Source: a virus (lineage: Duplodnaviria > Caudoviricetes). Taken from it: a stretch of DNA of 56,178 bases. Shown piece after piece: positions 26,317 to 35,991 of this stretch. The position numbers and the translations under genes were made by a program. The stretch's first letter is position 1, and every line of letters starts with the position of its first letter. The notes under the pieces are model-generated. The model searched no databases. It was given only the letters and a program-made list of their open reading frames with translations, and was not told where the DNA came from. The stretch lies in IMG/VR virus record IMGVR_UViG_3300043398_000200, positions 1-56,178 of that record; one strand, 5' to 3'.

Positions 26317-28124
26317 ATACGGTCCAGCGCCTTGGCAGTCTCAGCGATCTGCACGTTGCGCATGGTTGTGTTGCCATACATCTCGAACTGCCACTCGTCG
26401 CTCTTGTAACCGGACGGCAGGCGGTGGATGTCGCCGTCATGGATGAAGTGGTCGTACCGCACAATGCCGTCGGCGTACACAATGAATCGCACGTATGGCA
26501 GGACCTCATCGACCAGATCCAGCATGTAAAGCTCGCTGCCCCCGATGGGATGTCGCCCGTTCACCGTGGCTGAATGCGCCTGGATTCGTCCGCCTACGCA
26601 GCCCATTGAGCCGATAGACGCCAACCGCCCGGCGGCGAAGCGCGTGTTGTTGAATGTGGCGTGCCCCGTAATGATGCTCTCACCAAGAACGGGAGCCTCA
26701 GTGTCAAAGTTCAGGCGAAACGCGCCGTAGTTGAACGGTTTGTCCATCTGAAAGATTTTCGACTTCCACCGCCACGACACCGGCTTCGTCCCTATCGGGT
26801 TCCACTCCATTGCAAAATTGTTGGCCAGGATCGAGACGTTGCCGGTATACGGGTCGGTCTCGATGCCGACCACGTTCCTGAACGACGTGAGGTCGATGAA
26901 CTTTGCGGCCTGTTCCGTGGGGTCGATGATGAACCCTTTGGACGAGCTGTAGAAGGCAATGTACTGTGCCCCAAGCTGCGCAGCGAAAATCGTGGAAGGG
27001 CTGTACTCCGCCCACTCCTTCTTGGTGAACAGGCTCTGCGTGAGCGGAATGACACCCGACGTGTTGACCAGCTTCAAACCATCAATGGACGGATACACCG
27101 CGCCGGCGATAGTCCCCACCATGCCGCGCCGTGAAAGACAGGGGGCAACCGTGCCCAGCTTCTGCATGGTGAACGCGGCGGGAGACACACCGGAGCCGGC
27201 ATATGGAACCGATGCCGTGCCAATGACCAGCGTCGTCCCCCACACAGCCAGGCCAACGATGTCAAACTCTGTTGCAAGTTCGTATTCAACAGGCCAGGCG
27301 TGAGGCCGGTAAGGCTCGCTGAACAGCAAGCGACGGCCAACCCAGCCAACGAGATATCCGCCAGGCATCACCACCCAGCCGACCATATCCGATGGCGGCA
27401 TCGCCCAGGTCGTGGAGGCCAGAATGCTGTTCAACACCACCACGTCGTCCGCAATGGTGTCGTTGTAACTGGTAGTGGCAAGATCGATCTCAGCCACGAA
27501 ATAGAACAGCGCACTGCTCTGACCCGGCACAGTGCGGTAGATACGCTTCTTCGTGATGTTGCGGTTGGCCGCGTCCGCCACAGTCGTCGAGATGGCGGTT
27601 ATCGCCCATGTGCCAGCATCACCGGTGGCGAGGGTCGGAGGGGAAGGCTGCCCTTCTTCCCCGTACGCGCTCACAAAGGTGCAGACATACGCCCGCGTGT
27701 AATCTGAACCACCGGGCGGCGTCACGGTCATCGCAGTCGGCACGATGGGGACACCCAGGTAGAACGGCGCGCTGGCCGCTACGATGCGTGCCTTCGTGTT
27801 GTATGACGGGCGGTCGCTGTCTCCTACCCAGTAGTAACGCTCATACGAATCATTGACTACGGGCGAGCGCACCACATCCGTGTTGTAGGAGTCGAACGTC
27901 AGCCATGCTGCTGGGTCGGTGCCATATACGCGCACGGCCCGTTTGACGGCGTAGCCGGCGGCTGTGAAATCAGCCAGTTCCGCAAGCTCGTTGAACCCTT
28001 GTAGCTCACCACTGAGCAGGCTCGCATTCTCGGCTATGGTCGCGGCTTTGTCGGGTAGCAGACGATCAGCGCGTCGCGGGATGCGACCCTGAAAGTCGTC
28101 CAATACCCTACCGTTCTCTGCCAC
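26313..28124 (-). CDS. Tail nozzle/stabilisation protein
   Basis: RAYVCTFVSAYGEEGQPSPP, LLFSEPYRPHAWP, WRWKSK; beta-propeller-like podovirus tail slot. Confidence 0.75.
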   Translation of the reverse strand: MAENGRVLDDFQGRIPRRADRLLPDKAATIAENASLLSGELQGFNELAELADFTAAGYAVKRAVRVYGTDPAAWLTFDSYNTDVVRSPVVNDSYERYYWVGDSDRPSYNTKARIVAASAPFYLGVPIVPTAMTVTPPGGSDYTRAYVCTFVSAYGEEGQPSPPTLATGDAGTWAITAISTTVADAANRNITKKRIYRTVPGQSSALFYFVAEIDLATTSYNDTIADDVVVLNSILASTTWAMPPSDMVGWVVMPGGYLVGWVGRRLLFSEPYRPHAWPVEYELATEFDIVGLAVWGTTLVIGTASVPYAGSGVSPAAFTMQKLGTVAPCLSRRGMVGTIAGAVYPSIDGLKLVNTSGVIPLTQSLFTKKEWAEYSPSTIFAAQLGAQYIAFYSSSKGFIIDPTEQAAKFIDLTSFRNVVGIETDPYTGNVSILANNFAMEWNPIGTKPVSWRWKSKIFQMDKPFNYGAFRLNFDTEAPVLGESIITGHATFNNTRFAAGRLASIGSMGCVGGRIQAHSATVNGRHPIGGSELYMLDLVDEVLPYVRFIVYADGIVRYDHFIHDGDIHRLPSGYKSDEWQFEMYGNTTMRNVQIAETAKALDRI

Positions 28125-28127
28125 GAA

Positions 28128-29219
28128 TCACCATACCGCCTGGAAGTCGCAACGCTCAGGATCGACCAGTGAATCTGTACTGTCCACGACAAGGATGCGG
28201 AAGCCCGATCCCGTGATTGGAGTCGCCTCATCGAGGAATGCCTTCAGGACCCCAATGGATGAGTGGTTCATGACCGTCACATTGATTGACTGACCAGTTC
28301 CAGCCCCTGCGGTGTACGTGACATCGAACACGCCCTGTGCGCTTCGTACCACCGTGCAGTTGCCAAAGGTGCCACTGGCCGCTGCATCGAAAGTGCCCCA
28401 TGCACGCACGCCATACACCGGAGCAGCCCCACCAGAAGTTGCCAGCTTCGTGGCCGTCGTGGCCGTCGTGGCCGCCGTGGCCGTGGGGACTGTACCAGTT
28501 ACCTGACTGGCCCCGTCGATAGATATCAGCCCCTGCATCTGAGTCACGAAGTACGACAGGGTGCACTTGCGGAAAAAGTTGTCCCCACCACCCAGCGTCA
28601 CCATGACCTGCGTGAATCCGGCAGTCAGAGCAGGATTCTCGGCGTCAGTGCTGGCCTGACTGAAGTGATTAGCGAAGACATGCCCGCTGGCGCTGTAGCG
28701 CACGAGCTTGCCTGCTTCATAAGTCGTACCACTACCAGGCAGCAACCCCTGCAGAGTGTCAGCATCCAGCCCACTGCCGATGCCATCGTTACCTGCGTGC
28801 CATACCGTACTGCCGGCAATGGTGGAGCCAGAAGCCAGTGCCGCGGCGGCCGCGAAAGTGATTGCGTCATCGAAGGTGTAGTTACCCTTCACATGCCCGC
28901 CCTCAACCTGAATCATGCGTTCAAGGGTGCCGCGAGTCAGGCGGACCTCTATGCGATCACCAGTGAGCCAGTTAAGCGCGGTCGAGCCTTCCTGTGCGCG
29001 CACGACGGTCAACACATCAGTTGAGCGCCCCGTGCACTTCACATACTCAATATGCCCGGCCGCATCCTCCAGGGCGAGTATGGCGTGCTGGTTTGCACCA
29101 GGAGAAGGGAACAGTGCCCCGTAGCCACTCTCGACCTGGATCGAAGTAGCTACAGAATTGATGCCAGCAGCCAGCAGTGCGCTGGCGTTGTTGGTGAAAA
29201 TCTGTGTGCTGACGGGCAT
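28128..29219 (-). CDS. Tail fibre protein
   Basis: FTNNAS..LAAGI..RAQEGS N-terminal fibre anchor; VWHAGNDGIGSGLDADTL; Thr/Ala run. Confidence 0.75.
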   Translation of the reverse strand: MPVSTQIFTNNASALLAAGINSVATSIQVESGYGALFPSPGANQHAILALEDAAGHIEYVKCTGRSTDVLTVVRAQEGSTALNWLTGDRIEVRLTRGTLERMIQVEGGHVKGNYTFDDAITFAAAAALASGSTIAGSTVWHAGNDGIGSGLDADTLQGLLPGSGTTYEAGKLVRYSASGHVFANHFSQASTDAENPALTAGFTQVMVTLGGGDNFFRKCTLSYFVTQMQGLISIDGASQVTGTVPTATAATTATTATKLATSGGAAPVYGVRAWGTFDAAASGTFGNCTVVRSAQGVFDVTYTAGAGTGQSINVTVMNHSSIGVLKAFLDEATPITGSGFRILVVDSTDSLVDPERCDFQAVW

Positions 29220-29227
29220 GCTCGCTC

Positions 29228-29863
29228 CTACTTAGCGAAGGGTGGGAACCGCCACGCCTGCGCTCCATTGTTGCCCTGCTTGGCAATGGCGGCATACTTG
29301 CCGATGGCCGCGCGGAAACGCTTCATGTGGTATGCCGCACGCGTTGGATCTGAGTATGGCTTCGCAGGCTGCGCGTACAAGCGCCCCAGCGTGCCATCGA
29401 GGATGGCCATGTAGTGATCCTGCGTCGCAATGTTGTGCAGGGAAGTCGCCGCCGATGCAGGTATTACTGCCGCCCACATCCGCATTTTTCCAGTGAGTGT
29501 ATTGCGTGGCTTGGGGTACAGGCCAATCGAGGTCGGATATCCAGTCTGCACAAAAAAGGCAGCAGGTACTTCCGCAGAAGCAGTGTCACTGTCCACCGGT
29601 TCCGCCGCAAGCGGATTGATTGGCAGGCCGTTGATGAATACCCCCAGTACCTGATAGACCTCGTATACGCTCGGCTCCACCGCATTGGCCGTGTGGTAGA
29701 TGGTGTTGGCAGTGACGTTCTGCGCCGGCAGGAGGATCCGCCACGCCTTGCTCTCACGGTAGAACTCGCGCATTGCCAGCTGGAGTTCCCGCTTCACGGT
29801 CGGGCGCGATGCGCTCGGTGTGTAGGCCAGGAGGTCTTTCAACCATGCAGTGTAGACAGCCAT
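29228..29863 (-). CDS. Head-tail adaptor / tail tubular protein
   Basis: Size, position after capsid, adaptor-like pattern. Confidence 0.65.
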   Translation of the reverse strand: MAVYTAWLKDLLAYTPSASRPTVKRELQLAMREFYRESKAWRILLPAQNVTANTIYHTANAVEPSVYEVYQVLGVFINGLPINPLAAEPVDSDTASAEVPAAFFVQTGYPTSIGLYPKPRNTLTGKMRMWAAVIPASAATSLHNIATQDHYMAILDGTLGRLYAQPAKPYSDPTRAAYHMKRFRAAIGKYAAIAKQGNNGAQAWRFPPFAK

Positions 29864-30225
29864 TACAGTCCAACCACCTGTTGCTTGAACTGTGAAAGAA
29901 GGGTCATGGCACGGTTGTCCACGGCGAACTCGTCGTCGAGGAACTCAGTCGAGCCGGTAACAAAATAGATCATCGAACCGAAAAACATCATCGGCAGGTC
30001 GAACTCATTGCCGAGGTCAGAACTGGTGATTTCGGGGACGATCACATCGTCTGCGTCGTCATCATACTGATCACGGAACACTTCGGGGCGCAGACGCGCA
30101 ATCTCCTGCAGGCCCCTGTTCAGGGCGCGCAGGAGCGTCGTATTGTCGTACCTGTAACGCTCAGAGTCAGTGTCCTGCAGGATGATCCGTGCATCATCGA
30201 GCAGTTCCTGGTAGGTCCGTGCCAT
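29863..30225 (-). CDS. Head-tail adaptor protein
   Basis: ARIILQD....RY....LLRALNRGLQEIARLRP pattern; AGGAGG RBS. Confidence 0.65.
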   Translation of the reverse strand: MARTYQELLDDARIILQDTDSERYRYDNTTLLRALNRGLQEIARLRPEVFRDQYDDDADDVIVPEITSSDLGNEFDLPMMFFGSMIYFVTGSTEFLDDEFAVDNRAMTLLSQFKQQVVGL

Positions 30226-30231
30226 CTCAAC

Positions 30232-30266
30232 CTCCTGGGACCCCTGGGGGTGTTACCCCCCAGGAG
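30232..30266 (-). promoter_or_regulatory. Stem-loop downstream of the capsid gene with an alternative pairing that hides the next RBS
   Basis: Minus strand CTCCTGGGGGGTAACACCCCCAGGGGTCCCAGGAGG: the 5' arm can pair with CCCCAGGGG or with CCCAGGAG (SD). Confidence 0.5.
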
Positions 30267-30282
30267 TATTCACAGGCTGGGA

Positions 30283-31266
30283 TCAGCCCCTGGCGATGAC
30301 CGCCCGGCCGATTGCCACGCCGTTCACGACGCGGTAACCGTACACCTGCAGGCCGCGCACGAGATTGGAGAAGCTGCGCTCGCTGCGCAGGGTCTCCATC
30401 TTGGTGAACTGCGACGCGAAGGTCAGAGCGGCCTTCGTGCCGAAGTACATCGTGCTCGTATCGACGGCGCTGTCCAGAGCGGGCAGCAGGTTCGACTGGT
30501 ACAGCGTGAACCGGTCGATCATGCCGAGCCGACCATTGCGCAGGATCGAGGAACCGTCACCCGTGAGGGAGGCGTTCTTCAGATCCGACTTCTTGATCAG
30601 CGCGCTGACCCACGGCGGAATGATCATCCACCGACCATTTTCCGGCAGGTTCTGCTCGTCGAGCACCTGGCCGGCATCCACGATGAAGTCCAGGACGGAC
30701 ATGTCGTTCGACGTGCTGTCGCCCGCTTCCGTGCCCTGGCCCACCTTGCTGATGTACAGCGGCGAGGCCGCCGTGCCCAGGCGGATCGTGGCGGACAGTG
30801 CACCGGCCGAGTTGCCACGGTTGGCGCTGTTCACGTCCGAGGTTGTACCCAGGTACGACAGGACCGCGGTATCGACCGCGATCTTCATCTGCTCGGCCGC
30901 ATCCTCGGCCCACATCGACATCATGTCGATGTCGGACTGGACATCCATCACATCGTCGAGTGCCAGGTTGAAGTACTTGGCCTGGTCGATCGTGAGATCG
31001 ATCTTCGTGCTCGACGGACGCTGAATGCTCAGGTCCTGGTCGGTGGTGTAGTCCGAGATCGTGATCGTCGGACGGACGCGGATGTGAACCGTGTCGCCCT
31101 TGTTCTTGATCTCACCCTCGTAGTCCGTGTTGGCAATGGCCGCGAGGACCGTCGCCGCGTAGAACTTTTCGAGCAGCTTCCCGGACCAGATCTCCGGGAT
31201 GAACTGGCCGGCGTAAGCCGGGCTGGGCGTTGAACCTGCCCACGGTGTACCAACTGGAAATGCCAT
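30283..31266 (-). CDS. Major capsid protein
   Basis: FIPEIWSGKLLEKFY..NTDYEGEI..GDTVHIR...RGLQVYG; strong codon bias; follows the scaffold gene. Confidence 0.92.
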   Translation of the reverse strand: MAFPVGTPWAGSTPSPAYAGQFIPEIWSGKLLEKFYAATVLAAIANTDYEGEIKNKGDTVHIRVRPTITISDYTTDQDLSIQRPSSTKIDLTIDQAKYFNLALDDVMDVQSDIDMMSMWAEDAAEQMKIAVDTAVLSYLGTTSDVNSANRGNSAGALSATIRLGTAASPLYISKVGQGTEAGDSTSNDMSVLDFIVDAGQVLDEQNLPENGRWMIIPPWVSALIKKSDLKNASLTGDGSSILRNGRLGMIDRFTLYQSNLLPALDSAVDTSTMYFGTKAALTFASQFTKMETLRSERSFSNLVRGLQVYGYRVVNGVAIGRAVIARG

Positions 31267-31298
31267 GACTGATGCTCCTGAAGTGAATTGAGAAACGG

Positions 31299-32396
31299 TT
31301 AGCGAACGCGTCCTTCACGCTGAGCCGCGAAGATGTCAGCTTCGAGCCGCTTGGCCTCGGTGCTGCCGGCCTTGATCTGCCCCGTGCGAACAGCGGAGTA
31401 GAACTGACCGATTTCCCCGCGGGTCCATACCCGCTTACCGGACCCTTCCTGAGCGCCAGCCGGGCCAGGCTTTGCGGTGCCTGGCGCGATGAAGCCTTCC
31501 AGCGTCTTCCCAGCAGCCGGCGCAGGGGCCGATGCGGGAGCGGGAGGGGGCGTCACTGCTGCGTGTTCGTTCTGGTATCCAAGAAAAAACGCCACGACGC
31601 GGGATGCTTCGTGGGCCTGATACGCTTCGGTCAGCAGGTCACCGCGCACCCTTCCGGTGTACGGGTCCCTCTGATCAAGCCACTGCAGGAACCCCTGATC
31701 AGTGTTCTGCTGCTGCCAGTTTGGGACAGCCTCAGAAAGCTCATCAAAGAAACGTCCTGCCGTATTGCGCTGCATTTCTTCCTTCGCCGCCTTAGCGTCG
31801 TTGGATGTCTGTGCAAGCTGCTTTGCCACCGGCTGCAGGCGACGATCAACCTCGCTCAGCACGCTGCCGTTTTCCTCACGGGCAACGCGACGAACTACGT
31901 CAATGAGGTCTGCTCCGAACTCCTGAACTTCCTCGTCCTTGACGAGGCGCTGCCCCTGTGGCGCGGGGGCGGGCTGTGCCGGTGCAGCGGGCTGCTGTGT
32001 ACCGAGCGAGGCCAGGAGTGCCTGGGTCGAGGTCAGCTGGCTCGTAAGCTGGCGGACCTGATCGATCAACTGGTTGGTCTGCGCCTGAAGGCGTGGAACT
32101 TCGGCGTTATATTTGCCCTGCAGAACCTTGTACCGCTGCTCGAAGTCGGGCGCGGGTGCCGGGGTAACATTCGCCGGCGGCGCGGGCGTCGGTTCTGGCG
32201 AAGGGGCGGGTGTCTCGGCGGGCGCGGGAGCGGCGGCGACAGGCTGCTCAACCGGTGTCTCGGCAGGCGCAGGAGCGGCGGCGACGGGCGCGTGCGGGTC
32301 CGGCTCAGGCGGTGTCGGGTCTTTCCCGTAGACCTCCTTGCTCAACTGGTTGGCCCGGTCAATCTGTGCCTGTACGGCTTTCGGCAATGCGCTCAT
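31299..32396 (-). CDS. Capsid scaffolding protein
   Basis: Pro/Ala-rich N-terminus, YKVLQGKYNAEVPRL coiled coil, C-terminal AQREGRVR; directly upstream of MCP. Confidence 0.8.
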   Translation of the reverse strand: MSALPKAVQAQIDRANQLSKEVYGKDPTPPEPDPHAPVAAAPAPAETPVEQPVAAAPAPAETPAPSPEPTPAPPANVTPAPAPDFEQRYKVLQGKYNAEVPRLQAQTNQLIDQVRQLTSQLTSTQALLASLGTQQPAAPAQPAPAPQGQRLVKDEEVQEFGADLIDVVRRVAREENGSVLSEVDRRLQPVAKQLAQTSNDAKAAKEEMQRNTAGRFFDELSEAVPNWQQQNTDQGFLQWLDQRDPYTGRVRGDLLTEAYQAHEASRVVAFFLGYQNEHAAVTPPPAPASAPAPAAGKTLEGFIAPGTAKPGPAGAQEGSGKRVWTRGEIGQFYSAVRTGQIKAGSTEAKRLEADIFAAQREGRVR

Positions 32397-32403
32397 GCGT
32401 ATA

Positions 32404-32655
32404 TCACCTTGGTTGTGGAACTGCTTTGTTCAAACGCTTCTCGAGAGTGTCACGCGCCGTACTGGCGGCGACGACGAAATCACGGATCGTAACGACTGCA
32501 CCAGCTGCGCGAAGCCGCTGTTCCTCGTTCCCACTGATGCATCGTTCAATCTCATCACGCTCTGCTTCTTTCAGCATCGCAACGACAACTTCAAAGTCCT
32601 GGTTCCCATGAAGGCTGGCCAGGGCCTGGAGTTGTCGTTGCGACAGCGGCTTCAT
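32404..32655 (-). CDS. Hypothetical head-module protein
   Basis: ATGA-coupled; helical. Confidence 0.6.
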   Translation of the reverse strand: MKPLSQRQLQALASLHGNQDFEVVVAMLKEAERDEIERCISGNEEQRLRAAGAVVTIRDFVVAASTARDTLEKRLNKAVPQPR

Positions 32656-32852
32656 GCGAAGGGGCGCAACCAACGCTGCTTGCGGGCCTTCACGTCGTCA
32701 GCGTCGTTGTCATCCACGACCGGTGCCGACTTGCCGTGATGCCCCGCCATGCGGTGCTCCACGGCTGCATGCCCCACCTGCACGTCTGCCACTCCAGCTG
32801 GGTTGGACAGCTTGTGCGACTTGACGACCTTGTTCCCCTTGCTGAGCATCAC
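32652..32852 (-). CDS. Hypothetical small protein
   Basis: Coupled to both neighbours. Confidence 0.5.
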   Translation of the reverse strand: MMLSKGNKVVKSHKLSNPAGVADVQVGHAAVEHRMAGHHGKSAPVVDDNDADDVKARKQRWLRPFA

Positions 32853-33073
32853 GCACCCGGTGCCGTGACATCGGCCGAGCGGCCGCCGTGGCCACCACTC
32901 ACGCCGCTGGTGCGGTTGGGCGGGATGTTGGTGTTGCCCTTGGTCGAGCCGAGAAACTTGCCACTGGGGCTGCCGCCGTGGCTCTCACCGCTGCCGCCGC
33001 CACCCTGGGACACGTTGGTGTTGCGGTCGGTGTTGCCCTTGGTTGGGCCGAGAAACTTGCCTGAAATACCCAT
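32849..33073 (-). CDS. Small Gly/Ser-rich protein with duplicated SGKFLGxTKGNT motif
   Basis: AGGAG RBS; 33-bp repeat at 32930-32962 and 33029-33061 (2 mismatches). Confidence 0.65.
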   Translation of the reverse strand: MGISGKFLGPTKGNTDRNTNVSQGGGGSGESHGGSPSGKFLGSTKGNTNIPPNRTSGVSGGHGGRSADVTAPGA

Positions 33074-33115
33074 GTTCGAACTCCTGTTTGGAATGCTCCA
33101 CACACGGTGGGGGTG

Positions 33116-33144
33116 AATATACTCGCGCTGTTTACAGTTTACAA
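33116..33144 (-). promoter_or_regulatory. Sigma70-like promoter for the scaffold/capsid operon
   Basis: TTGTAA-N17-TATATT on the minus strand. Confidence 0.55.
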
Positions 33145-33513
33145 ACCCATGCCGAGGCCAAAACTAGTCCGGTACCGGTCCACATAGCCGCCGGGGGGCT
33201 GCGAAGTGATCGTGAAGGCGTTGGAATCGGTATCCCCCGACCCGTTCGTGCCGGTCACAACGATACCTCCAAACACGCCAGTACTGGTCGGCGTACCCGA
33301 CAGAACGCCCGTACCAGTGTCAAAAGACACCCCTGTCGGCAGAGTGCCAGCAATCGAGTAGCTGGAGGCACTGGTGAAGTAGGCGCTGAAGTCTATCGGC
33401 GTCATGGCGACGTTGTAGGTCAGCGGCTGGTCCGGGATGGGGCCAGTAAAAGTCGGTGGTCCTACAACCGCCTCGCCGCCGGCGAACCCCAGGTTCATCA
33501 GAAAGGCGAGCAT
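33139..33513 (-). CDS. Putative Ig (He_PIG-like) domain protein ending in FGLGMGL
   Basis: YSIAGTLPTGVSFDTGTGVLSGTPT; TGATG coupling. Confidence 0.75.
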   Translation of the reverse strand: MLAFLMNLGFAGGEAVVGPPTFTGPIPDQPLTYNVAMTPIDFSAYFTSASSYSIAGTLPTGVSFDTGTGVLSGTPTSTGVFGGIVVTGTNGSGDTDSNAFTITSQPPGGYVDRYRTSFGLGMGL

Positions 33514-34214
33514 CAGGCACCGGCCCCGCACGCACCAGCTACGAACTCAGGGATGTAGATCGAAGGCTCTGCTTCGATCGTCGGAGAGCCATTGACGGTG
33601 AAGTCACGCCCGTTCCCGCTGTAGTCCGTGGCGGCCTGCGCTGCCGTCGTTGCGCCGCGGCCGCGCGCGTACACGTTGAGGCTGGCCCCTTTTACAATGC
33701 GCCGGCGGTACCGCTGCGCGTCGATCTCCGCGGCAGTCCAGACAGCATCGGAGACAATGATGTCCTGGTACCGGGCATCTGCCCACCACGAGTTGAGCGC
33801 TGAGATACTGCCGATATAGATGGCGGTCATGGATGTATCGCCAGCCTGCAGTGTGGTCTGCGCAGTGACAACGGACGAGGCGTCGTCACAATACGCCCAG
33901 CCCGCTGTAAGCTGGTTGGCTCCACTACCTGCGCACTGCAGATACCACTGAAACCATCGGCTGGTCGCTGGGCGGGACGCAAAATTTCCACTGGAGCCAG
34001 AACTCAGCAGCACCATCGTGCTACTGAAATCGCCATACGCTATGCGGGCACCGTAATCAACCGCATTGCTGGCTATATCGACCAACTGCTGCGACTCGCC
34101 AGTGCCACGATCCGAGACAATGTAGCTCTTGCCCAGGATCGTGAACGACGTAATGCTGGGCAGGTTGGCGGACCTGCTCAGATACTGGCCGTTGGCTGAA
34201 ACTCGAAGGCTCAC
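33513..34214 (-). CDS. ConA/LamG-like lectin domain virion protein
   Basis: Beta-rich; YIGS..WADARYQD..VWTAAEI and DYSGNGRD motifs. Confidence 0.7.
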   Translation of the reverse strand: MSLRVSANGQYLSRSANLPSITSFTILGKSYIVSDRGTGESQQLVDIASNAVDYGARIAYGDFSSTMVLLSSGSSGNFASRPATSRWFQWYLQCAGSGANQLTAGWAYCDDASSVVTAQTTLQAGDTSMTAIYIGSISALNSWWADARYQDIIVSDAVWTAAEIDAQRYRRRIVKGASLNVYARGRGATTAAQAATDYSGNGRDFTVNGSPTIEAEPSIYIPEFVAGACGAGA

Positions 34215-35975
34215 TCAGGCTCCGGTGTATCCCTGCAGGTTAATCAGCACGCCGGTAGACGCAGTTGTCGAAGACTCCTTGATATACAGCGCCGTGTTGG
34301 CGGTGGACTTCAGCGGGACGGGGAAAACAATGGTGGCTGCACCCAGTGGGCCGACGAAGCCACGGAACAGCGCCGTGCCGCCCGAACCGTCCGTAACAAG
34401 AAACTCCGTACCCGTCGTCGGGTGAGAGTTGAACACCTGCATGCTGGTAAGGTAGTTACGGATACCGGCACCAGCCGCGCCCTTGGCTGAGACTTCCGTC
34501 GTAGTGACGAGGCCAGCAGCAGGAGCCGCATAATTCCAGCTGTTGGCTTCCGATTCATAGGGCTGCGTGATCTGTTTACGGTTCAGCGTCATGCGCGCTG
34601 CGCCAGCATCTCCCTCGTCCACCGAGTCAGTCGAAGTATCGTCGGCAAGATACCCGACTACTGCAATCTTGCTGGTGGCTGGGGTGAATGCCGCATCATC
34701 AACCTGCACCCAGGTCCCGTTCTCCTGGACGACAAACGTGCCAGCATTGGTAACGGCGTGCGACGCGACAGTGACCGTGCCAGTGATGGCTACCTGACCA
34801 GTCGAGTCGTTGGCAATGGTGACACGCTGGACACCCGTACCTGACGCACCGTTGCCCATCGACGGAGCGACACCGTTGATCTGTGCAACATTGACCGCGC
34901 TGTTGGCAGTGATGGACACTGTACCGCTGACTGGCTGGGTGACGGCGGAACCGTCCACCTTTACAGCCGTCATTGATGCAATACCCTGGATGGTGATCAC
35001 ATCCGAGGATGCCGTGCCGGCCACACCGAGGGCGGGCTGCTTGGCAGCGGTGGACGCACCAGAGGGCAGGTCGGGCGTCGTCAGCAGCTTGTTGGTCAGG
35101 GCTGGCTGGTCCGTAGCCAGGACGACACGCAGTGTGCCAGCTGACTTGGTGCCTGAGTTGGTATCAACCGTAGTACCGTTGAGCTTGTCGATCTGTGCCG
35201 TGGTCCACAACCGACCAGCCGACATCTGCAGCATCGAGTAGTCAAGATCAGACCCCGCCGTGTCGGCCGGCGACGCACGCTGGACGGCCATCGCCGGGAC
35301 ACCCACGTCAGCGTCGGCGCTGGCCACATCCTCGGCCTTGGCAATGCTGGTCGCACCCGAAGCAATGGTGGCCTGCACGGCGAACGTGCCGGCGTTGGTG
35401 ACGGCGTGAGAGGGGACCGAGGCCAGGGACACAGGCTGTGTCACCGCCGACCCATCGACCTTCAGGGCGGTCATGGAGGCCGTACCCTGAACGGTGATCA
35501 CATCGGCTGAAGGGGTCCCCGCCACTCCAAGCGCCGGCTGCTTTGCTGCGGTGGCTGCACCAGATGGAAGTGGCAGGGACGCCACGCTCACAGGCTGAGT
35601 GACGGCGGAGCCATCCACCAGCACCGCCGTCATCGAGGCGATACCCTGGATGGTGATCACGTCAGCTGAAGCAGTACCAGCCACCCCCAGGGCGGGCTGC
35701 TTGGCGGCCGTGGACGCGCCCGAAGGAAGGGGCAGGGACACCACGCTGACTGGGTGCGTGACGGCAGAGCCATCAACCTTCACAGCCGTCGCATTGGCCC
35801 CAGTATTGGCCAGCGTGACCTGGAGCGGCGCGGCGGAACTGATGTCCGTGGCAGAACCGTCGGCACCCTGCTGGATCTTGACGCGCTGGACTTTTACCCC
35901 GCCACCGATGTCGTCCGTGGAAAGAACGTCCCCACTGCCGACCGTTACGCCGTTCAAAATCGTATTGTCAGACAT
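34215..35975 (-). CDS. Repetitive fibre protein (586 aa) with beta-sandwich tip
   Basis: 53-aa repeats (VDGSAVTQPVS..LPSGASTAAKQPALGVAGT..DVITIQG); Ser/Thr/Ala-rich. Confidence 0.75.
   Translation of the reverse strand: MSDNTILNGVTVGSGDVLSTDDIGGGVKVQRVKIQQGADGSATDISSAAPLQVTLANTGANATAVKVDGSAVTHPVSVVSLPLPSGASTAAKQPALGVAGTASADVITIQGIASMTAVLVDGSAVTQPVSVASLPLPSGAATAAKQPALGVAGTPSADVITVQGTASMTALKVDGSAVTQPVSLASVPSHAVTNAGTFAVQATIASGATSIAKAEDVASADADVGVPAMAVQRASPADTAGSDLDYSMLQMSAGRLWTTAQIDKLNGTTVDTNSGTKSAGTLRVVLATDQPALTNKLLTTPDLPSGASTAAKQPALGVAGTASSDVITIQGIASMTAVKVDGSAVTQPVSGTVSITANSAVNVAQINGVAPSMGNGASGTGVQRVTIANDSTGQVAITGTVTVASHAVTNAGTFVVQENGTWVQVDDAAFTPATSKIAVVGYLADDTSTDSVDEGDAGAARMTLNRKQITQPYESEANSWNYAAPAAGLVTTTEVSAKGAAGAGIRNYLTSMQVFNSHPTTGTEFLVTDGSGGTALFRGFVGPLGAATIVFPVPLKSTANTALYIKESSTTASTGVLINLQGYTGA
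35430..35790 (-). repeat. 159-bp period coding tandem repeat, with a further copy near 34930-35070
   Basis: Homologous positions at 35760, 35601 and 35442. Confidence 0.85.
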
Positions 35976-35991
35976 TTCAGATCCCCTATGC

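Noticed and set aside
28448-28484. 9-bp tandem repeat (CGTGGCCGT-like)
   Set aside because: Simply encodes the ATAATTATTAT fibre linker
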